DNA of 55,288 nucleotides from a virus (Duplodnaviria; Caudoviricetes), in IMG/VR virus record IMGVR_UViG_3300038974_000721, positions 1-55,288 of that record, one strand, 5' to 3'. Shown piece after piece: positions 48,388 through 55,288 of this stretch; the first letter of the stretch is position 1, and each line of letters starts with the position of its first letter. The position numbers and the translations under genes are program-made. The notes beneath the pieces are model-generated. The model saw only the letters and a list, made by a program, of their open reading frames with translations. It was not told the origin of the DNA and ran no database searches.

Positions 48388-51123
48388 TTAGTTCCCCTTC
48401 CATTTGCAGATAAGCCCATAATCGCAGCCCTTGCAGTGACTTCCCGAGCATGCCTTGAAGTCTCTATTCAAGATTCCATCTACATGCCTTTCAGCGTTCC
48501 TCTGTGCCGCTTCCATATGGCCTTCCTTGACCTCAACGTCCCGAAGAGTGGCATTATCCAAGTATGCTATCGATCCTTTAGCTACGGACTCACCAATCAT
48601 GTTTAAACCCAACGCATATACTTGAACCTGCATAGAAGAGTCTTCAAAGGTCGTTGCCTGGTCCGTGGTCTTGTAATCCCGGATCTCTATGGCATTGCCT
48701 TCATGGAGTATGACATCAACCTTGCCGGCTATAGTGGCCCTCTGGAGAGGAAATTCTATCCTAGTCTCGACCTCTTTGATTCTTCTCATATCCTCTTCAC
48801 GTTTTTTCACAAATTCCATCAATTTCCTTCTCGCTGCCTGCTTTACCTGTCTGCTCCTGGCTTCATCGGCGAAGGGCATGAAAAAATTATCATCAACAGC
48901 AGTGGCAATTGCACTGATTGGGCTATATCCCTGGTTCTTGATGAGTTCGGCAGCGGTCCTGAGACAGAAATGAAGGGTATTGCCATAGCCGAGATAGTCA
49001 GATAAGCCGGGCTGATATCCCCATATTTGCCTCATCCTATAGGAATGAGGGCAGGTTTTATAGGTGATTATCTCGCCTGCTGAAAAAGTTTGAATGTCTT
49101 CGATATCTCCGCTTTTGGTAAGAGGATAATCTGGCAGAGCATCCTGCATTGATAGCTCATTAAAGTGTAAGTCAGATAGGCTAGATAGGAATTCGCTTTC
49201 AGATACCGCTTTCCTGATCCTTCTAAATGAGCTTAATACGAGAACATCTTTGGCCCGCGTGGCAGCTACATAGAATAGCCTTCTTTCGTCTTCTATGCTT
49301 CCTTCATATTTTGCGGCATCAAAGAGGGTCCTGCTTATCTGCCATGTTTTATTAGGATTTCTTGACTTGCTTGAAGGGAATCTTGTAGATATAAGCCCGG
49401 GCATGAATACAACCGGCCATTCAAGGCCTTTTGCTTGATGCATTGTCACAAGCTGGATGGCATTGATAGCCCTCACATCGTCTCCCTGTTGCTCTTCATA
49501 GGCATTAGTGGCATAGTTGTGGATATACCAGAAGAGGCCCTTCATATCTTGTTGCCAACTTCTCCTCTTCTTGCCGCCCAGGCGGATTGCCGTTTCATAG
49601 TCGGTGAGCAGGGAATTAAATCGCCCCAAGTTGGCCATCATCACAGCCTGGGTAGGTTCATCAGGATCGAGATTCAAATAACCAAAAGTCCTTAGGAGTT
49701 CCTGGTATACTTCAGTAAAATTCTCAAATTCGCCGGAAAGGGTTCTATCTTTCCATTTGATTATTTGATTTGCTATGTCGGCTGAAAGAGCATAGGGAAC
49801 AACGGACTGCCATGCTTCAAGGCCCTCAGGAAGCAACTCATTCCAGGAAAAGCTATCCCTTGAATTCCAGGGATTCTCTTGCCACCAACTTCCCTCATGG
49901 AGCCAGCAAAATAGCATACCTACTGCTTTGGCTTCTTCTCGTCTGAAGAGACCAACTTTCCCGCCTACGATAAAAGGAATGCCACGCCTCCGGAATTCAT
50001 CGATAAATGGCGGCGCAGAAGTTGTTACACTTCTCATAAGTATTCCGATATCGGAATAGCTGCAATTGCCGCTGCTAACATATCTTTCGACTTGATCGGC
50101 AATCCACCTGGCTTCATCGTTTGCGGTATCGGTTGATATGTGGGCTACTACGCCTTTATCCTTTCTGGTAGGTGCTATGTGGTCATATTTTTGAGCCTCA
50201 AAGCTATCGGAAAAGGTGTTTGCCAGATCTAAGATAGACTTGGCACTTCTCCTATTCTCAGTTATGGAAATCGTTTCAGTATCTGGATATTTCCGGGAAA
50301 AATCCTCGAAGCACTTCTCATCCGAGCCTCTCCACTTGTAAATCGTTTGGCGGGGATCTCCGACAATGAATAAGCCCGCGTTAGTACCTATTAGCTGGAT
50401 GAGCTTTTCTTGAGCCCTATTGATATCCTGATATTCATCAACCAGCAGATACTTTGCATGCTTGAGCTTATCAGGCTTCTCTTGGAGATTCGTTACCGCT
50501 AGCTTAATCATCCTATCAAAAGTAAGTCGCTTATAGGAGTCCAGGATCTCTTCATACTTTCTAAGCCGCCTATAGAATGCGGGTTCCTTCCTTTCGAGAA
50601 TGGCCTCATCAAGAAGCTCTCCATTAACCACATTTGCCGTTTCTAGGAACGACTCACAATTTCGGGAATAGCTTCCATCATTTCCAAGGCCAAGCTCCCA
50701 ACCCACTCTCATTAAGAAAGCCATCTCTTGGTTCGCATCAAAAGCATCATAGCTTCCATATCCGAAATGGTCAACGAGAATCCTGTGGCAATAGGCATGA
50801 ATGGTCCCTATAAAGAGGTCTCCGATTTGATAGCATATATCATCCCTGCCAAGGCCCCTTAGTCGATCATAGACCCTGCTTTTCATGCTTTGGGCAGCTT
50901 TATCAGTAAAAGTGAATGCCACAATGGCCGATGGATCGACTTCTTCGTGGATCAGGTTATAGACTATTCTTCGGGTAAGAGTCTCGGTTTTTCCTGCACC
51001 TGCCCCGGCAATGATTCTTATATGAGGTCTATCTGATAGAACGGCCCTTTTTTGTGTATCAGATAGTGGTTTTGGATGTTTTAGGATTTGCTCCAGCTTT
51101 TGATTCGTCTCATTAGTTTCCAT
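48388..51123 (-). CDS. UvrD/PcrA-like SF1 helicase fused to a PD-(D/E)XK nuclease
   Basis: AGAGAGKT, VDEYQD, VGDPRQTIY.WRG, TMHQAKGLE, EERRLFYVA-like motif; C-terminal GKVD...DYKT with four Cys (Fe-S staple-like). Confidence 0.92.
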   Translation of the reverse strand: METNETNQKLEQILKHPKPLSDTQKRAVLSDRPHIRIIAGAGAGKTETLTRRIVYNLIHEEVDPSAIVAFTFTDKAAQSMKSRVYDRLRGLGRDDICYQIGDLFIGTIHAYCHRILVDHFGYGSYDAFDANQEMAFLMRVGWELGLGNDGSYSRNCESFLETANVVNGELLDEAILERKEPAFYRRLRKYEEILDSYKRLTFDRMIKLAVTNLQEKPDKLKHAKYLLVDEYQDINRAQEKLIQLIGTNAGLFIVGDPRQTIYKWRGSDEKCFEDFSRKYPDTETISITENRRSAKSILDLANTFSDSFEAQKYDHIAPTRKDKGVVAHISTDTANDEARWIADQVERYVSSGNCSYSDIGILMRSVTTSAPPFIDEFRRRGIPFIVGGKVGLFRREEAKAVGMLFCWLHEGSWWQENPWNSRDSFSWNELLPEGLEAWQSVVPYALSADIANQIIKWKDRTLSGEFENFTEVYQELLRTFGYLNLDPDEPTQAVMMANLGRFNSLLTDYETAIRLGGKKRRSWQQDMKGLFWYIHNYATNAYEEQQGDDVRAINAIQLVTMHQAKGLEWPVVFMPGLISTRFPSSKSRNPNKTWQISRTLFDAAKYEGSIEDERRLFYVAATRAKDVLVLSSFRRIRKAVSESEFLSSLSDLHFNELSMQDALPDYPLTKSGDIEDIQTFSAGEIITYKTCPHSYRMRQIWGYQPGLSDYLGYGNTLHFCLRTAAELIKNQGYSPISAIATAVDDNFFMPFADEARSRQVKQAARRKLMEFVKKREEDMRRIKEVETRIEFPLQRATIAGKVDVILHEGNAIEIRDYKTTDQATTFEDSSMQVQVYALGLNMIGESVAKGSIAYLDNATLRDVEVKEGHMEAAQRNAERHVDGILNRDFKACSGSHCKGCDYGLICKWKGN

Positions 51124-51342
51124 CGGCCTCCCAGCGGGTAGAAGATCATAAGTTACTATAGAAGTACCTTTTGGAGCCTTGAAATTAAGATGAGGATATG
51201 ATTCAGATAAAGAGATGCATATGAATTACTTTGAAGTGACCTATGTTTCAATTGGGCCACTTCTTTGCAGCCATCAGACTTAATTTGCAGGAACTCAGGT
51301 TGTATCCCATTTTCGTAGGCAGGGGAGTAGTCACCGGTAAAT

Positions 51343-51721
51343 CACCAAGGAGGCCCGCCTCCTTTAGGGGGTGGGAGGAATTGGGTACACTTCCCAGTTT
51401 ACTTTCGCGGTGCTCTGCATAACTATTTAACATGTCAAACCATCTCCTGTATGTACTTGGGCATCTTAGGCACCCTCGCGGTAAACCGCTCGATGCTGAT
51501 CCTGTACGGCTCTGCCAGACTCTTGCCCGAAAGGGAACGGCTGAAACACGATTTGAGGTCGTCTCTGGCAGATCTGAGGCCAATGTTCCTGCAAGACAGG
51601 AACCTCTGCGATTCGTCGGCGCATGTAGGCTGGCCTGGAGGTCCGGGTAGATCTCTGATTCTGAAACAGATCTGCTCAGGGCTGCTGAAAGCCCCTCTCC
51701 TTAAGGGGAGGGGTAGCTTAC
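51343..51721 (+). mobile_element. Non-autonomous IS200/IS605-type element (PATE/MITE-like); ends approximate
   Basis: Subterminal hairpins CCCGCCTCC-TTTA-GGGGGTGGG (51354-51375) and GCCCCTCTCC-TTAA-GGGGAGGGGT (51691-51714) followed by AGCTTAC; no tnpA/tnpB ORF. Confidence 0.75.
51453..51721 (+). ncRNA. Predicted structured RNA, omegaRNA/reRNA-like
   Basis: TATA-like TATTTAAC at 51424; nested stems with GAAA/UUCG loops and G:U pairs that favour the + strand. Confidence 0.5.
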
Positions 51722-52635
51722 GCTATGCCTAGTTTTGGTATATGGCTCAGGTAACTTCTCCTCAGCTCTTCTCTATCAATGTGATCATAGATATCGATTG
51801 CCTCTTTGCGAACATCGCCCCTCAACTCCTGGATGAATTCACGGGGCATCCCAGATCTGCGAAGGTGGGTGGTGAACCAATGACGGCAGCAATGGGCGCT
51901 AAAATGTTCTTCCAGCTTGGAGGATTTGGGGTTATGGACACCAAGGGCAATGCCCGCCTTACTGATCATATAGATAACTGTTTTTTCCGTTGCGGGGCGG
52001 CCAATCGTTGATATCCATAATGCCTTGATTCCATTTCTGTTCCGTTCTTCACGAACTGCTAGCCAACGAGACAGTATAGTGGCTGCCTCCTGGTCGAAAA
52101 AGACTACTCTATTGGAACGTTTCGCGGTTTGCTTCAGGGTGATACTCCAATCATTCCAATTGATATCATCGACTTCCATGCTCAATAACTCATTCCTCCT
52201 TACGCCCGTCTTGAAGAGGACGGTCATCATGGCTTTGTCCCGGATATCAACCATATAGTCGATCATATTCGCTGCCTGTTTTATGCTGATCAATTGCCTG
52301 TCTCGCTTCTCGTTGTCTTTCTTGTAGCTATGCAAATACCGCGAGCGTACCTCTTTCACCGGATTCTTATCAGTCAATTCCTCGAAAATGGCCCAATCAT
52401 AGAAATTGCTTATACTAGCGAGGCTGAACGCGATTGATCCGGTATAATGCCCCTTTTTTCGGGCCTCTTCTATAAAATCTCGGATATCTATTTTATTGAC
52501 TGCAAATATGTCCTTGCCATCCAGGAACCTCATAAAATTGGCTATGCGATACCTATAATTCCGGATAGTCCTTGGGCTCATCCCGCGAATCTCTGCATCA
52601 GTGGCCCAAGCCTCCAGCAGGGTCACTTTAACCAT
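51718..52635 (-). CDS. Tyrosine recombinase / integrase (XerA-like)
   Basis: TGVRRNEL (R), K, HCCRH (HxxR), LRGD, IYDH (Y); N-terminal SAM-like domain. Confidence 0.93.
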   Translation of the reverse strand: MVKVTLLEAWATDAEIRGMSPRTIRNYRYRIANFMRFLDGKDIFAVNKIDIRDFIEEARKKGHYTGSIAFSLASISNFYDWAIFEELTDKNPVKEVRSRYLHSYKKDNEKRDRQLISIKQAANMIDYMVDIRDKAMMTVLFKTGVRRNELLSMEVDDINWNDWSITLKQTAKRSNRVVFFDQEAATILSRWLAVREERNRNGIKALWISTIGRPATEKTVIYMISKAGIALGVHNPKSSKLEEHFSAHCCRHWFTTHLRRSGMPREFIQELRGDVRKEAIDIYDHIDREELRRSYLSHIPKLGIA

Positions 52636-53117
52636 CTCCAGCCGTTCTTGGATTTAGCTATGAACCTGGTGCTTTCCAGAATCTCCAACTGCTGAGCTAG
52701 AGCCCTCATTCGCGTTGTGTCCGAGGGATTGATCTTCAAGGCTGTCAAGAGAGCATGGCTGTGGATCGGTCCGGCCTGCAGGATTGCCAGGAGATCGGGA
52801 TCAAACTGGATATTGATGCCTGCGTCCTCATTGAAAGCTGCGTATCGCTGGCGTTGCAGCTCTGCATTGATCGTTTCGATCTCTCGCGACAGTTCCGCGA
52901 TCCTCCGCCTCAGCTCCCTGTTCTCGTCCTCCAGGTGCCCATAGTCCGTTGCAGGGATAGCTGGCTGCTCATGGCCTACCGCTTCCTCCAAAATATTGAT
53001 TGCATATCGCGAGAAAGTGCAGCCCCTCGCCGCAGCCAATCCAAAAAACTTGTTTTTCTGTTCTACGGAGTCGAAATAAACCTCTCCTATTCTTCCGTGA
53101 TAATCCTTCCGGGCCAT
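52623..53117 (-). CDS. Integrase-associated regulator-like protein (RHH-like, coiled coil, wHTH)
   Basis: Overlaps the integrase start; EVYF...AAARGCTFSRYAINILEE, coiled coil, LEILE..RFI....GWRW. Confidence 0.7.
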   Translation of the reverse strand: MARKDYHGRIGEVYFDSVEQKNKFFGLAAARGCTFSRYAINILEEAVGHEQPAIPATDYGHLEDENRELRRRIAELSREIETINAELQRQRYAAFNEDAGINIQFDPDLLAILQAGPIHSHALLTALKINPSDTTRMRALAQQLEILESTRFIAKSKNGWRWLK

Positions 53118-53126
53118 GCTATATAG

Positions 53127-53648
53127 TTGATAAACCAGCTATATATTTGTACCGGTATTTACGAATCGATACAGAAATATGATACCCCAGTAGCTCAAGC
53201 TGCAACAAAGATCTTTACAGATTCACGCACCCCAGATTGGATAGAAGATAATCCTATCCACGGGATGATTCCGATCTATTACAGTATCATTAGTGGATAT
53301 TCGTCACATGCAGCCATTGACGAATATACTGAGATGCATCTTGTCTCTGATATGTCTCAGAGCGCTACCAGAAAAATAGTTCAGACATTGTATATAGAGG
53401 AGATCAGCGATAATCAAACGGAAGCTGATATCCTTCAAGCCAGAGAGAAAAAAACCCTTGATTCTGCACCTATCCAAACCCAAACAACTACCCCAAGCGG
53501 GCGCTATCCTGCTAATAAAGATACTATGGTATACCACGAACCAGGTTGCACATGGGCGGGTAAAATCAAGCCTGAAAACCTGATAGGATTCAACTCACCT
53601 CAGGAAGCTGAAACCGCAGGCTACAGACATTGTGAGAAATGCTGGTAA
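53127..53648 (+). CDS. Protein with C-terminal Ada metal-binding domain (N-terminus uncertain or decayed)
   Basis: YHEPGC.WA..I...N...F.S..EA...GYRHCEKC. Confidence 0.65.
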   Translation: MINQLYICTGIYESIQKYDTPVAQAATKIFTDSRTPDWIEDNPIHGMIPIYYSIISGYSSHAAIDEYTEMHLVSDMSQSATRKIVQTLYIEEISDNQTEADILQAREKKTLDSAPIQTQTTTPSGRYPANKDTMVYHEPGCTWAGKIKPENLIGFNSPQEAETAGYRHCEKCW

Positions 53649-53667
53649 AGGATGAAATGAGGATGAA

Positions 53668-54114
53668 ATGAGGATGGAAATACTTAATGTCCTATCCATT
53701 CTGTTTTTCATTTCCCTGGCAGCCAGCGCGCCGGATGAAGCATATGGCCGAGTGGTAAAGGTAGTGGATGGGGATACTATCGATGTCCAACTACAGGATA
53801 GCCTGCTCTCCGAGGACCTCATCAGGGTCAGGCTTGCAGACATCGATTGCCCGGAGACTCGCGGCCCTAAAGCCTCCGAAGCCGGAAAGAAGGCATCAGC
53901 ATATGCAAAGACATGGTTGCAGAGCGCCTACGTTTTCCTAGACCTGGATGATAAGACAGGCAAAGATCCGTTTGATAGGTGGGTTGCTGTGGTTTACCTG
54001 AGTGAGAATAACCAGCCAGGCAGGAACTTCAATAAGATGCTTGTGGATGCAGGCCATGCAGTGATAGAGGATTTCAAGAATAACGAGTTTGATCCAGGGA
54101 GCTGGTATAATTAG
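53668..54114 (+). CDS. Secreted thermonuclease (SNase family)
   Basis: Signal peptide, VVDGDTI, VRLADIDCPE, DPFDRWVA, N..LV..GHA. Confidence 0.92.
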   Translation: MRMEILNVLSILFFISLAASAPDEAYGRVVKVVDGDTIDVQLQDSLLSEDLIRVRLADIDCPETRGPKASEAGKKASAYAKTWLQSAYVFLDLDDKTGKDPFDRWVAVVYLSENNQPGRNFNKMLVDAGHAVIEDFKNNEFDPGSWYN

Positions 54115-54240
54115 GAATTTTGGATTTGGCAGCCTTTAATAGCATCAGGTGAGCCCGAAGGAATGAATAGCAAACCAAGGACCTTCGGGCCAATCTGGGA
54201 TATAACAGTATAAGTTTATGTAGTTTGTGGATGACCTGAT

Positions 54241-54499
54241 AACCCTAAATTTAGGATTTAGGCTTTCCACCCTGTCTTTATATACTCCAATGAAATCAAG
54301 GATTTCGCGAGAATTATTTTATTTTACAGATATTGATTTATATACATTACATATTATTCTTTCTCTTTCTCAAGCTAAGGTAATATCAGAAGTATCTGAT
54401 ATCTCAGATCTTCATTCTTTTATAGATTTTGGATAATTATTATCTAGCTTGCCGGTCCTGTTTTATCTCCCGAGAGCCCTAAACCCTAAATTTAGGCTT
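54241..54499. repeat. Two AACCCTAAATTTAGG sites flanking an AT-rich tract
   Basis: Exact 15-mer at 54241 and 54482 with a palindromic core CCTAAATTTAGG; each has an extra half-site facing inward. Confidence 0.65.
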
Positions 54500-54524
54500 T
54501 TGCCACTATAATATTTTAGTAAGT

Positions 54525-55142
54525 TCAAAGGCCAGGAGTATCCCATCGCGATAACCTGAAGATCTTGGTATTCTTCTTCCTGGGATGCCAGGAGACCACC
54601 AGTCTTTGATTTGTGGCTGCAATCCTGGAGAGCTGCCTTATTCGGTCCACAGTCAGCCCGAGCAGGCCGGCTATATCAGAAAAGGTCATTCCTTCGCTTC
54701 TATACCGTTTTAAGTATCCCGGAGGAGCCTGGCAGTCGATCAGCTTCTTTTCTTTGGCATGGAGTGCGTCGACAATGCTCTGAATGTGGTCTTCAGTCTT
54801 CTTGGTGATCTTCTTAGTATTAGCTGGAGATTCTTGGTTGACCTTTTCTTTCAGCTCATGAATAAGCCGGAGCTGGATGAGTTGGTTCTCTGAGAGAGTG
54901 TCCCTATCCTTCTCCAGGGATGCCATTTTTAGGCGCAAGGCGGCTATCTCCTGGCGGTCCTGGTCTATCTCTTCCCGGAGCTGGGCAATCTCATCCTGCA
55001 AGGGCTGGATGGTCTCTCTGATGAGATCCCGGAGCTGCCCATAGGTCAGGGTGATGAGCTGCTCTGAAGGCGATTCAAAACCGGCTTTGGGTGAAGGCCC
55101 AAAGGTATTTATGCTGGCTGAGGCTATTTCTGACATACGCAA
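54525..55142 (-). CDS. Coiled-coil plus C-terminal wHTH protein (family recalled from Methanothrix elements)
   Basis: LITLTYGQL.DLI, long coiled coil, MTFSDIAGLLGLTVDRIRQL HTH; upstream hairpin CAGGGTG...CACCCTG. Confidence 0.75.
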   Translation of the reverse strand: MRMSEIASASINTFGPSPKAGFESPSEQLITLTYGQLRDLIRETIQPLQDEIAQLREEIDQDRQEIAALRLKMASLEKDRDTLSENQLIQLRLIHELKEKVNQESPANTKKITKKTEDHIQSIVDALHAKEKKLIDCQAPPGYLKRYRSEGMTFSDIAGLLGLTVDRIRQLSRIAATNQRLVVSWHPRKKNTKIFRLSRWDTPGL

Positions 55143-55288
55143 ATCGCTTCCTAGTGCGATATCCTGTCAGGGTGGTGACACACCCTGGCGGAATCAGTTT
55201 TTTATTTCTACTATTATTACCGGGAATTATTTTGATATCTGATAAAGATAACGTATAATCGGAAAAGCTGATATGCTTTCAGCTATTA

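Noticed and set aside
51453-51721. SRP RNA, RNase P RNA, group I intron, hammerhead or tRNA identity for the structured region
   Set aside because: Diagnostic cores (SRP helix-8 loop, GAGGAAAGUCC, P7, CUGANGA, T-loop) were not found by eye.
51248-51732. Short ORFs over the IS element as TnpB/IscB
   Set aside because: No RuvC, zinc-finger or HNH motifs; they are explained by the hairpin ends and RNA.
55248-55254. GATAACG near the end matches the first 7 nt of the window
   Set aside because: Too short and not terminal; no evidence of circularity or att duplication.

Overview
This window looks like a largely complete temperate, long-tailed (siphovirus-like, HK97-fold) archaeal virus or provirus. 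The host is probably a Methanothrix/Methanotrichaceae-type methanogen. That host call is inferred from GGTGA/GAGGT ribosome-binding sites, TATA-type promoters and small gene families I recall from Methanothrix elements; it is not database-checked. The viral core (~11.2-41.9 kb, almost all + strand) holds a divergent RHH-repressor switch, small early genes, a primase-helicase fusion, a resolvase, terminase, portal, a MuF-protease-scaffold fusion, capsid, neck, two tail-tube paralogues, frameshift-type tail chaperones, tape measure, tail tip and a beta-helix fibre. The left accessory arm has a GNAT toxin-antitoxin pair, a type IIG restriction-modification (RM) enzyme, a ParA/adaptor partition cassette and a secreted lambda-lysozyme-like muramidase. 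The right arm has type III RM plus a UvrD-nuclease, a protein-less IS200/IS605-type element, a tyrosine integrase and a thermonuclease. The most striking unexplained signals are: (1) phased 7-bp repeat arrays upstream of parA and inside the adaptor ORF, a candidate centromere written into coding DNA; (2) a promoter-bearing ~270-nt structured RNA inside the IS605-type element, whose putative guide lies on the integrase 3' end; (3) a peptidoglycan-hydrolase fold on an apparently archaeal element; (4) an iteron/AT-rich origin-like block inside the primase gene; (5) a sharply CpG-depleted module. No terminal repeat, att site, tRNA, rRNA, CRISPR array or reverse transcriptase was seen.
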